DNA of 64,000 bases from positions 1,888,001-1,952,000 of the forward strand of contig CAVYRF010000002.1 of assembly GCA_963770895.1 (NCBI GenBank). Direction: 5' to 3'. Of the stretch, positions 43,948 through 52,913 are shown piece after piece; position 1 is the stretch's first letter; each line of letters starts with the position of its first letter. The translations under genes and the position numbers were made by a program. The notes under the pieces are model-generated. The model made no database searches. It worked only from the letters and a program-made list of their open reading frames with translations, and was not told the origin of the DNA. This DNA comes from an uncultured Acidobacteriota bacterium. GTDB taxonomy: Bacteria > Acidobacteriota > Thermoanaerobaculia > Multivoradales > UBA5704.

Positions 43948-46572
43948 ATGAACCCATCGGATGGCGCTCAGCGCGGGGTGCCGGCGCTGGAAAGCCTGGC
44001 GCAGGATCTGCGGTACGCGGTGCGCATGCTGGGCAAGAGCCCGGGCTTCACCGCCGTCGCGCTGCTGTCGCTCGCCTTCGGCATCGGCACCAACAGCGCC
44101 ATCTTCAGCGTCGTCGACGCCCTGCTGCTCAAGAGCCTGCCGGTGGCGGGCGCCGATCAGCTGGTCATCCTGCAGCACACCGCGCCGTCGGACTCCGAGC
44201 GGCATGAGCTCTTCACCTACCGCGGCTTCGAGCAGCTGCGCCAGGCGAGCGACGTGGTCGCCGGCATCTTCGCGCTCACCCGCCAGTTCACCGCGGTGGT
44301 GCGGCCGATGGGCGGCGGCGGCCTGCCGGAGGGCGACGCGGCGGCGGGGGCCGAAGCTACCGAGAAGGCCACGGCGCAGCTGGTCTCCGGCAACTTCTTC
44401 GCCGTCCTGGGTGCCGGCGCCGCCCGCGGGCGGACCTTCGACCAGACCGAGGACGTGCCGCCGCGGATGCACCCGGTGGCGGTGCTCAGCGACGGCTACT
44501 GGCGGCGGCGTTTCGGCGGCGACCCGCGCGTCGTCGGCGCCACGGTGAGCGTCAACGGCGCTCCGGTCACCGTGCTCGGGGTCATGCCGAAGGGCTTCTT
44601 CGGCGTGCTGGTCGACGTGGCGCCCGACGTCTACCTACCGCTCAGCCTGCGCGAGGCGGTGCACTACAACGGCGACACCGACACCAACGGTCCCGATCAC
44701 TTCGAGATGCCCGTCTGGCAGCGGCCGCACACCCAATGGCTGGAGCTGATGGCGCGGCGCCGGCCCGGCGTCACGCCGCAGCGCGCCACCGCCGTGCTGG
44801 ACGTGCTGTTCCATCGCGAGATCGTGGCGGCGCTGGCCGACATCAAGGACGCGAGCGACCGTCGCGACGAGCTCGCCCGGCGGCTGGTGCTCCTGCCGGG
44901 TGGGCGCGGCCTGTCCAACCTCCGCGAGCGGATCACCCAGCCGCTGTTCATCCTGATGGGAGTGGCCGCGCTGGTGCTGCTCATCGCCTGCGCCAACATC
45001 GCCAACCTGCTGCTGGCGCGCGCCGACCGGCGGCGCAAGGAGATGGCCGTGCGGCTGGGGATCGGCGCCGCCCGCGGCCGGCTGGTGCGCCAGCTGCTCA
45101 CCGAGAGCCTGCTGCTTTCCGGGCTGGGCGCCGTCCTGGGCCTGCTGTTCGCCTTCTGGGGCAGCCGCTTCCTGTTCACCCTGCTGGCGCGCGGCGACGT
45201 GCCAGTGCAGCTCGACGCGGTGCTCGACCTGCGGCGTCTGGGGTTCGCCGCCGCCGTGGCGCTCGCGACCGGCGTCTTTTTCGGCCTGGCGCCGGCCCTG
45301 CAAGCGACGCGGGTCGATCTCAGCGCCACCCTCAAGGATGCCGCCCGCTCCGTCGGCGCCGCCAGGCGAGGCCGCGGCGGGGGGTTCCACCTGCCGCTCG
45401 GCAGCCTGCTGGTGGTGCTGCAGATCGGGCTGTCGCTGGTGCTGCTGGTCGGCGCCGGCCTGTTCGTGCGCAGCTTGCGAAATCTGCTGAGCGTCGATCC
45501 CGGCTTCGATCGCGAGGCGCTGTTCCAGGTGCAGATCAACCCGCGCCTGCTGGCGCTCAGCGAACCGCGGCTGCTCGACCTCTACCGCCGGCTCGAGGAC
45601 CGCATGGGCGCCCTGCCCGGCGTGCGCTCGGTGAGCCTGTCGCTGGACGGTCAGCTGGGCACCCACGTGCGCTCCGAGGGCTTTTCCGTGCCGGGCTACG
45701 ACCAGCATCGCCTCAACGACAACGAGCAGGTGACCCATGTCGGGCTGGTGACGCCGGCCTACTTCGCCACCGTCGGCGTGCCGCTCCTCCGTGGGCGCGC
45801 CTTCACCGCCGCCGACCGCGCCGGCGCCCCCAAGGTCGCGATCATCAACGAAACCCTGGCGCGCCGCTTCTTTCCGCACGGCCCGGTGATCGGCGAGCAC
45901 CTGGGCTTCGGCGACGCCGCGCACGCGCGGGACTTCGAGATCGTCGGCCTGGCCCGCGACTCCAAGTACAACACCCTGCGCGAGACCACCCCCTTCATGG
46001 TCTACCGCCCCGTCGCGCAGGCACCCGACAACCTCGAGTACGTCGAGGTCCGCTCGACCCCCCAGGCCGCCGTCGCCGTGGCGTCGCGCCTGCGCCGGAC
46101 AGTCGCCGAAGTCGAGCCCGCCCTTGCCGTGTTCGACGTGTCCGCCACCGACCAGCAGGTCGCCCGCTCCCTCGCCAGGGAGCAGGCCATCGCCCGCCTC
46201 ACCGGCTTCTTCGGCGTGCTCGCCCTGCTGCTGGCCGCCATCGGCCTCTACGGCGTCCTGTCCTATGGGGTCGCTCGCCGCACCAACGAAATCGGCCTCC
46301 GCATGGCCCTGGGCGCGCCGCGCGCCAACGTCCTCTCCCTGGTCCTGCGCGACAGCTGTCAGCTCGTCGCCTTGGGTCTTGGCGCCGGGCTCCTGGCCGC
46401 ACTCGCCGCCACCCGCCTCGCCGCCAGCCAACTCTACGGGCTCGCCGCCAACGACCCTCTCACCTTCGCCGTCGCCACCGCCGCCATGGCCCTGGTCGCC
46501 CTCTTCGCCGGCTATCTTCCCGCCCGCCGCGCCGCCGACACCGACCCGATGACCGCGCTGCGGCACGAGTAG
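43948..46572 (+). CDS. Duplicated MacB/FtsX-type ABC permease (Acidobacterial ADOP-like)
   Basis: 'QDLRYAVRMLGKSPGFT', 'LLIACANIANLLLAR', 'EIGLRMALGA', 'DPMTALRHE'; no adjacent ATPase. Confidence 0.9.
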   Translation: MNPSDGAQRGVPALESLAQDLRYAVRMLGKSPGFTAVALLSLAFGIGTNSAIFSVVDALLLKSLPVAGADQLVILQHTAPSDSERHELFTYRGFEQLRQASDVVAGIFALTRQFTAVVRPMGGGGLPEGDAAAGAEATEKATAQLVSGNFFAVLGAGAARGRTFDQTEDVPPRMHPVAVLSDGYWRRRFGGDPRVVGATVSVNGAPVTVLGVMPKGFFGVLVDVAPDVYLPLSLREAVHYNGDTDTNGPDHFEMPVWQRPHTQWLELMARRRPGVTPQRATAVLDVLFHREIVAALADIKDASDRRDELARRLVLLPGGRGLSNLRERITQPLFILMGVAALVLLIACANIANLLLARADRRRKEMAVRLGIGAARGRLVRQLLTESLLLSGLGAVLGLLFAFWGSRFLFTLLARGDVPVQLDAVLDLRRLGFAAAVALATGVFFGLAPALQATRVDLSATLKDAARSVGAARRGRGGGFHLPLGSLLVVLQIGLSLVLLVGAGLFVRSLRNLLSVDPGFDREALFQVQINPRLLALSEPRLLDLYRRLEDRMGALPGVRSVSLSLDGQLGTHVRSEGFSVPGYDQHRLNDNEQVTHVGLVTPAYFATVGVPLLRGRAFTAADRAGAPKVAIINETLARRFFPHGPVIGEHLGFGDAAHARDFEIVGLARDSKYNTLRETTPFMVYRPVAQAPDNLEYVEVRSTPQAAVAVASRLRRTVAEVEPALAVFDVSATDQQVARSLAREQAIARLTGFFGVLALLLAAIGLYGVLSYGVARRTNEIGLRMALGAPRANVLSLVLRDSCQLVALGLGAGLLAALAATRLAASQLYGLAANDPLTFAVATAAMALVALFAGYLPARRAADTDPMTALRHE

Positions 46573-46733
46573 CAGCGGCGGCCTGCCTGGCCGCCGAGGC
46601 CGAGGCCGAGCCAGGAGTCGAGCGCGGTCGCGGCGAACGAAGCTGTCGAGGTCTGCGATAATCGCCAACTCCCAGATTGTGTCCCGCAGCCAGGGAACAT
46701 TTCACTGCTCTGCCGACAGGAGGATGGCCCAAG

Positions 46734-47696
46734 ATGCTCCGCCAGACCTGTGTAGCTCTGCTGCTGGTCTCTGCCGCGGCCCTCGGTGCCGCGGCGCCGA
46801 GCACCGCGCATGCGGCCGCCAAGGCCGCGATCACCACCCTGGAGCCCGGCACGCTCAAGGTCTGCCTGTACGCCGGCTTCGCGCCGTTTGCCTCGAAAGT
46901 GAACGGTCAGTGGCAGGGCTGGGACGTGGATTACCTCGCCGCCTTCGCGGCCGCCAATTCTCTTAAGTTTGTGGTGGTCGAGCACGATTTCAACGGCATC
47001 TGGCTGGCCCCCGGTCAGAAGCTGTGCGACGTTGCGGGCACGGGAATCTCCGACATCGCGGAGCGCCGCCAGGCCGCGGGCAAGGACGCCGTATGGTCGA
47101 ATACCTACTACGGCGTGGTGCGGACCTTCCTGGTGCGCACCGAGCAGTTCGCCAATCTTGCCAAGGTGGAAGATCTGCGCGGCAGGAAGGCCATCATCAC
47201 CAAGGGCTCGACCGCCAATACCGATCTCTGCTATCGCATGGCGGCCAGCAAGCTGCATCCGTGCGTCAAGCCCGGCGGCGACCAGCCGTGCAGCTTCCCA
47301 GGCTTCGATCTGAAACCCACCACCGACAAGTCGTGCGTCGACATTCAGTACCCGCAAGACAACGACGAAGGCAAGGCCGCGGCGGCGGTCGCCAACAGCG
47401 GCAGCGATTACTCTCCCTTCGCCTACGGCGGCGGCTATGGCAGCATTCAGACGCTGGTCTGCCAGTGGTCGTCCACCCAGCGGCTGGCCACCGTCTGGCC
47501 GCATTGCAACATGTCGAGCAACGGCGTGAACGCCTACGCCGAGCCCTTCTCCTTCGTCGTGCGCGCTGCCGATGCGGGCCTGGCGAACGCCATCAACTGC
47601 TTCATCGGCGCCAACAAATACGCGGGAACGCCGATCCCCGACCTCGGCTGCCAGCGTCCATCCTGGACGCCGCCGCCCGCCGCCTGTACCAGGTAG
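46734..47696 (+). CDS. Family-3-like periplasmic substrate-binding protein, Cys-rich
   Basis: AGGAGG upstream; signal peptide; 'TLEPGTLKV...FAPF....GWDVDYL', 'TGIS...ERR', 'KGST'. Confidence 0.7.
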   Translation: MLRQTCVALLLVSAAALGAAAPSTAHAAAKAAITTLEPGTLKVCLYAGFAPFASKVNGQWQGWDVDYLAAFAAANSLKFVVVEHDFNGIWLAPGQKLCDVAGTGISDIAERRQAAGKDAVWSNTYYGVVRTFLVRTEQFANLAKVEDLRGRKAIITKGSTANTDLCYRMAASKLHPCVKPGGDQPCSFPGFDLKPTTDKSCVDIQYPQDNDEGKAAAAVANSGSDYSPFAYGGGYGSIQTLVCQWSSTQRLATVWPHCNMSSNGVNAYAEPFSFVVRAADAGLANAINCFIGANKYAGTPIPDLGCQRPSWTPPPAACTR

Positions 47697-47762
47697 GCCG
47701 AACGGCCTGGCACAAAGGAGCCCGCCGCCAGGCCAGCCCGGAAGGGAACGCCTGGCTGCCGA

Positions 47763-48416
47763 TCAGCCGATCCGGGTGGGCTGCGACCTGTAGCTGATGA
47801 GCGTCTCGGCGATGTTGGCCGCGAGGTCGGCCATAGCCTCCAGCTCGTCGGTAATGGCGCCATGCAGCTCCAGCTGAAGCGGAGTCAGCAGAGGGCCTAT
47901 CCATTCTGGGTCGACCACGGTTCGCTGGAACAGCGCCGTGGTCTCGTACCGATTGGTGAGGACCTGCTGAAGTCGGAGGGTGATCTCGTTGTTTGGCTCG
48001 GCGCACCGCAGATCCAGCTGATCGAGAGCTCCAAAGCACTCCGCGAGCAGTCTCTGGGTCAGAAGAACCAGCTGCAGCAGACTCGGCGAGGGAGGCCCCA
48101 TGCCCTGGGTGCGAAAGCGAATCCTGTTGCTGCAGGCCAGGATGTACACGATGTCGCTACCGACGATGATCATCGTTCGCAGCAGATGAAGGTCAGCGGC
48201 CGCCGGTGTGAACCGGGCAAAGGCGTAGCAGATGTCCTCCTGCAACCTGCGCATGTGCAAATCGGCCTGGCGATCATCGAGATCGTTGCCCAAGGGAAAG
48301 CTGGGCTCTTTTAACTTGATGAGGGTATCGGTCACGAAACCCTCGACCCTGCGCCCAAAGACGCGCAGGCGGTCCAGCTCATGCTTGATAGACGCTTCAA
48401 AGATCACTCTGCTCAT
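47763..48416 (-). CDS. Divergent PhoU-like helical protein
   Basis: 'FEASIKHEL...', 'ARFTPAAADL', 'ELEAMADLAANIAE' resemble the two PhoU repeats; no pst genes nearby. Confidence 0.55.
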   Translation of the reverse strand: MSRVIFEASIKHELDRLRVFGRRVEGFVTDTLIKLKEPSFPLGNDLDDRQADLHMRRLQEDICYAFARFTPAAADLHLLRTMIIVGSDIVYILACSNRIRFRTQGMGPPSPSLLQLVLLTQRLLAECFGALDQLDLRCAEPNNEITLRLQQVLTNRYETTALFQRTVVDPEWIGPLLTPLQLELHGAITDELEAMADLAANIAETLISYRSQPTRIG

Positions 48417-48793
48417 ACCAATGCTCCAAAGATCTACCAGAGAGAATACTCAATTCGCCCGCGCAGGTCCTCGACGATGTGTGACAGCCGTGTTACGGAG
48501 TCCGGGCAATGTGACAACACGCTGGCGCCAGTTCGTAAGTAGAAGAAAGAAAGGCTCCTTAGGACCACACATGGGCACCGCAACGTCGCTCTCGGCGCCT
48601 GTCGAGTCGAGGAGCGCCTCGCCAGCCGGTTGGCGTAACGGGTGCCGAGATGGCCGGGCTGATCGCCGCCCCCCAATGCCGCCTGGGTTTCAGCTCGGGG
48701 CCGCTGCAAGCGTGCGAGGCGGCCGAGAAATCCGTAGACTGTGGAGACGCAATCGCTTCGATGATCTCCCGCGACCCGCCCATGAGGTGAGCC

Positions 48794-49342
48794 ATGGTAT
48801 CCGACCCTTCGACACCTTCGTCTGCCGCTCGCAAGTCCAACCATCATATGCGCTTCCACGTCCCGCACCTGCACCTGGCGCCGGTGTTCGGGGAGGGGTG
48901 GTTCGGCGCCAAGGCCGAAGCGTTTGCGCGCTTCTTCGGCACGCCGACCTTCCTGGTCGCGCAGTCGCTGATCGTCGGCGTCTGGATCGCGGTGAACGTC
49001 GTCGGCTGGACGAAGTTCGACGTCTACCCCTTCATCTTGCTGAACCTCGCGTTCAGCCTGCAGGCAGCCTACGCCGCACCGCTCATCCTGCTCGCCCAGA
49101 CCCGTCAGGCCGACCGCGACAAGGCGCTGGCCGAGGCCGACGCACAACACCGCGAGGCCCTGGCAACCGCCAGCCTGGAGCGCCAGGAGGTGGCGGCCAG
49201 CCAGGGTGAGCAGCTGCTGGTGCTCCTGCGTCAGAACACCGAGCTGACGCGGCTCACCCAGGAGCTCACCGCCCAGATCCGCCTGCTGACCGAGGAGATC
49301 CACAGCCGCACCTGCCCCGGAGGATGTGACGAAGTGCCGTAG
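48794..49342 (+). CDS. DUF1003-family membrane protein
   Basis: 'FDVYPFILLNLAFSLQAAYAAPLILLAQTRQADRD' signature followed by a coiled-coil tail. Confidence 0.85.
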   Translation: MVSDPSTPSSAARKSNHHMRFHVPHLHLAPVFGEGWFGAKAEAFARFFGTPTFLVAQSLIVGVWIAVNVVGWTKFDVYPFILLNLAFSLQAAYAAPLILLAQTRQADRDKALAEADAQHREALATASLERQEVAASQGEQLLVLLRQNTELTRLTQELTAQIRLLTEEIHSRTCPGGCDEVP

Positions 49343-49351
49343 TCTGGGATC

Positions 49352-50044
49352 TCACCCCGGATGGACGTTGAAGAATCGTGCCGACTGCGGCGAGGGGTTG
49401 TCGAAGGAGATCACGTTGCCATCGACTTTCATCTTGTCGATCGTCAGCAGGCTGCCTTCGCCGGCGCCGCTGCCCTGGGCGGGCAGTTGGATTTGCAGGA
49501 TGACAAAGCGCGAGCTGCGGGTCAGGGTGGAAAAGCTCAGAAAGGGGCTGATGGCCAGCGGCGGGCGGTTGAGGACCGCCAGCAGCTGCCGCCCCTTCGG
49601 CGTCTCCTGGATGGCGGCGGCGGCCAGTGGATAGGTCATCTGGTCGTCCAGGCTATGGCCGATGACCAGGCTGCCGGCGCTGGCTTTCCACTGTGCGTCG
49701 CGGAGCGGATAGGCGCCTGAGCTGTCGACGTCATCGACAACGGCATCGTCGATCTTGGCGATGCGGCCCAGCGCCGCCGCCAGCTGCGTCATCTCTCCGT
49801 TGTCGGCAAAGTGATTCACCGACAGGGTGAACGTGGCGCGCGCCCGGCTGGTGACGTTCACCACGTCGCCGCTCCAGTGCGTCGCACGCTCCGGTGCCGC
49901 GGGGAGAGCTGGCGCAGCGGCGGCAGCCGGGGGCATGGAGGCGGTGGAAGCCGTGGAGGCAGCCGGCAGGGCAGTCGCGGCCAACGAGCCATAGATTGCA
50001 GCGGCGGCGGCCAGCCCGAGAATGCGTGAAGCCCAGAAATTCAT
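49352..50044 (-). CDS. Exported hypothetical protein
   Basis: ATG at 50044 after GAAGGAGA; signal peptide, Ala/Pro linker, beta-rich body with 'GSGAGEGSL'. Confidence 0.65.
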   Translation of the reverse strand: MNFWASRILGLAAAAAIYGSLAATALPAASTASTASMPPAAAAAPALPAAPERATHWSGDVVNVTSRARATFTLSVNHFADNGEMTQLAAALGRIAKIDDAVVDDVDSSGAYPLRDAQWKASAGSLVIGHSLDDQMTYPLAAAAIQETPKGRQLLAVLNRPPLAISPFLSFSTLTRSSRFVILQIQLPAQGSGAGEGSLLTIDKMKVDGNVISFDNPSPQSARFFNVHPG

Positions 50045-50365
50045 TGCATCTCCTTCCCCAATGGACGGAGCCGTTGCGGCTCCGCTCGAAACCACCCCAT
50101 TGCAACCGCAATACCATTCTAAGGGAATGGCTAAGGCATTGATCCACATTGGTTTGTGATTGCCACCGGGAGCTGTGGAGGCGTTTGGATAACGGCAGTG
50201 TGCTCTAGAGTGGACGCCGCGAGGGATTGGCGTGCCTGCCGGGCGCGAGCGATCAGAATCTTCGATGTCATGCGAAGTGCGCTACCATCAAACAAAGTTT
50301 CACCTCTGCCGCGCTGGACAGCGACCGGCGTGGCAACTCGACCGATATTCGGCTGGAGGAGTCAA

Positions 50366-51412
50366 GTGCGAAACCATCCTGCGGCCGGGGTGCTGCTTTG
50401 CGCACTATCGGCGATCGCCTTGCCGTCCCGCGGCGATACGCCGCTCGTGCGCAGCTTCGAACTCCACTACCAGGCCCGCATCCAGGTCCCCGCCGGCGCC
50501 GGCAGCGTCGAGGCATGGCTGCCCTATCCCACCTCCGATGCCCACCAGCAGATCTCCGAGGTGCACGTCGACGCCCCGGTTGCTTTCACCGTCGTCGCCG
50601 GTGACCCGGTGCTGGGCAATTCGATGCTCCACCTGATGGCCCCTGGCGGTTCTGCGGCGCGATCGCTGGCCATTGAAATGGTTTTCAAAGTCGATCGCCA
50701 AGAATATGTGCACCGGGATTTCGCCGCGGCTGCGCCGCCGCCGCCGGGCGTCCTGCCGGACGAGGTTGCGCGCTGGCTGCGTCCCGACCGCCTGGTGCCG
50801 CTCGACGACACCATTCGCCAGCTCGCCAACTCAGTCACCGCCGGCTCTCGCACCGACCTCGACAAGGCGCGCGCGATCTACGACTACGTGGTGGCGACCA
50901 TGGCCTACGACAAGAGCGGCACCGGCTGGGGCAACGGTGACATCTATTGGGCCTGCAGCGCCAAGCGCGGCAACTGCACCGACTTTCACGCTCTCTTCAT
51001 CGGCCTCTGCCGCGCCGCCGGCCTGCCGGCCAAGTTCGAGATCGGCCTGCCGCTCCCGCCCGGCCGCGGCACGGGCGAGATCGCCGGCTATCACTGCTGG
51101 GCTGAGTTCTACCTGCGCGGCTATGGGTGGGTGCCGGTGGACGCCTCAGAAGCCAAAAAGCACCTTGAAAAGAAGGACTACTTCTTCGGCGCCCACGACG
51201 AGAACCGCGTGCAGCTTTCGGCCGGCCGCGACCTGGTTCTGAGCCCCAAGCAGGCGGGCGCTCCGCTCAACTACTTCGTCTATCCCTACGTCGAGGTCGA
51301 TGGCAAACCGTTGCCTGCCCTGGCTGCCGTGTCCGCGGTGGGCGCCGGGGCGGCCAGCGCCACGGCGACCGCCGGTGTTGCCACCACGATCCGTTTCCGT
51401 GACTTGCCCTGA
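50366..51412 (+). CDS. Exported transglutaminase-like cysteine protease domain protein
   Basis: GGAGGAG then GTG at 50366; triad motifs GNCTDF, YHCWAEFY, WVPVD. Confidence 0.88.
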   Translation: MRNHPAAGVLLCALSAIALPSRGDTPLVRSFELHYQARIQVPAGAGSVEAWLPYPTSDAHQQISEVHVDAPVAFTVVAGDPVLGNSMLHLMAPGGSAARSLAIEMVFKVDRQEYVHRDFAAAAPPPPGVLPDEVARWLRPDRLVPLDDTIRQLANSVTAGSRTDLDKARAIYDYVVATMAYDKSGTGWGNGDIYWACSAKRGNCTDFHALFIGLCRAAGLPAKFEIGLPLPPGRGTGEIAGYHCWAEFYLRGYGWVPVDASEAKKHLEKKDYFFGAHDENRVQLSAGRDLVLSPKQAGAPLNYFVYPYVEVDGKPLPALAAVSAVGAGAASATATAGVATTIRFRDLP

Positions 51413-51533
51413 AATCCGGCCGCCGGGCGCGGCGCGCCGAGCAGCGGCAGATAGCGTTTCGGCGACAACGCCTGCGCAGACCGCGGATCGACGCCCGCCA
51501 GGCCGGTATCTATCGTATGACGAAGACACACCG

Positions 51534-51604
51534 ATCCACCTCCGCCGCGAGGTGGATGAGCCCGACCGGCGGGCGGCGCTTGATGAGCGCCCCGGTCAGG
51601 GCTC
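51534..51604. terminator. Two adjacent hairpins between convergent genes
   Basis: ATCCACCTC, 6-nt loop, GAGGTGGAT (51534-51557), then GAGCCCGACCGG...CCGGTCAGGGCTC enclosing GGCGCT/AGCGCC. Confidence 0.45.
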
Positions 51605-51778
51605 GCAATGCGTTGCGCAGGAGGTGATCGTACCGCCATCGCAAATACAGCAGTCAATGCATTCCCCGGTCTCGTAGCAGGCCAGGCACCAGTTCAGCGC
51701 CGACGCCTTGGGTGCAGAGGCGAGAAGCGCCGCGCCGGCGATCAGGACGACCAGGGCGAACTTGGCCATTCTCTTCAT
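51596..51778 (-). CDS. 60-aa secreted peptide with an 8-Cys mature part
   Basis: GAGGAGGAAA RBS; signal MKRMAKFALVVLIAGAALLASAPKASA; mature LNWCLACYETGECIDCCICDGGTITSCATHCEP. Confidence 0.8.
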   Translation of the reverse strand: MKRMAKFALVVLIAGAALLASAPKASALNWCLACYETGECIDCCICDGGTITSCATHCEP

Positions 51779-51964
51779 GATTTCCTCCTCAAATCGGCGC
51801 ACCCTGCACCAGTGGCGATCCCGGTCCAGGCGGCCTTGGTTTCGACCTCGATTGTGACTCCACTCAATTGGGTAAGTGCTGCTGGTCGGAGGCATGGCGA
51901 CAGGCGCCGACATGGGCCACCGTTCCCCGCAGCACAGCTTTCGACCGGGGCGCAGTCAGCGTAG

Positions 51965-52022
51965 GCAGACAACTAGTCTGCTCTGCAGACTTATTGACAT
52001 CGCCTTAGTAGTCTGCGATGAT
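51965..52022 (+). promoter_or_regulatory. Promoter bracketed by GCAGAC/GTCTGC inverted repeats
   Basis: GCAGAC at 51965 and 51985, GTCTGC at 51976 and 52011; TTGACA 51994-51999, 17-nt spacer, GATGAT 52017-52022. Confidence 0.55.
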
Positions 52023-52028
52023 GCATCC

Positions 52029-52823
52029 ATGCGCGGACGAGCGACGCAACCCGTGGACCTCGGCAAGATCGCCTTCCTGACTCGCCGCTTCCGGCACCTG
52101 CAGGGGCTGCGATTGGCGGTTCCGCAGGCGCTTTTGCTCGCGGCTATCAGCTTGCCCCATGCGCGCATCCTGCCGGTAACGTCCGCAGTGCTCCTTGATT
52201 CCACTCTCCTGATCGCCTACCTCGCGCTAAGCCGTTACGGCGCAAAGTACTACGCTGCGCGGCTGGGCGTCGTGCTCCCTCACCGCTCTCCGCTGGACGG
52301 CATCCCGCAGGCGGCCGTGGCAGGCGTACCCTCGCGCCGGCAAGGCGCCGAGGGGGCGGGCTCTCTGCAGATCGATGTGGGGGCCCTTGCGGCGATGGCG
52401 ATCCAGGTGGGCGGATTCAGCCTCTCGATCCTGGCGTTCGGCTTTTTGCTCGCGTTTTTCTACCTCGATCTGGCGCCCAGGTACGATCCCGCGGTCCTGG
52501 CCGCGACGAAAGCCTTCTATCTGCTGGGAGCTACCGCCTTTCTGGGCGACTGGTGCCTGAGCCGGGAGCGCCGCCTCGACCAGATCCATGTGGCTCTTCT
52601 GGGCCTGGGCATCCTGGCCATGGCCGCCTTCAGCGGCCAGCTGCACCTGTTCGATGCCCGGACACCGCATGTGGACTTCTGCTCGGCCGTGCTGATCCTG
52701 AGCGCCGCCGTTGCCATCCGCGGAACCTGCGACCTCCTGCAGCTGCTGCGCGCCTTCCCGCTATCGCCAGATGACGGCGCGGCGGGAGGAGCGCGCTCCG
52801 CCGCAAGCAGCTCGAAGTCCTGA
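52029..52823 (+). CDS. Hypothetical integral membrane protein
   Basis: About six hydrophobic segments; N-terminal 'FLTRRFRHLQGLR'; ATG 6 nt after the putative -10. Confidence 0.65.
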   Translation: MRGRATQPVDLGKIAFLTRRFRHLQGLRLAVPQALLLAAISLPHARILPVTSAVLLDSTLLIAYLALSRYGAKYYAARLGVVLPHRSPLDGIPQAAVAGVPSRRQGAEGAGSLQIDVGALAAMAIQVGGFSLSILAFGFLLAFFYLDLAPRYDPAVLAATKAFYLLGATAFLGDWCLSRERRLDQIHVALLGLGILAMAAFSGQLHLFDARTPHVDFCSAVLILSAAVAIRGTCDLLQLLRAFPLSPDDGAAGGARSAASSSKS

Positions 52824-52913
52824 GCCCACCCCCTCGTGCCGCCCACCCCCGCCCTGGGGCTCGCCGCGGGCCAGGAATTGTGCTGCTCAGGAGCGTCGAG
52901 AAGTGCCTCTATA

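Noticed and set aside
47726-47757. GCCAGGCCAGCCCGGAAGGGAACGCCTGGC resembling the SRP RNA GGAA tetraloop helix
   Set aside because: Lacks the AGG/AGCA internal loop and the 66-nt gap is too short; more likely an ordinary hairpin between convergent genes
48420-48790. Possible riboswitch in the long intergenic gap
   Set aside because: No conserved riboswitch motif recognised by eye; an Infernal/Rfam scan would be needed
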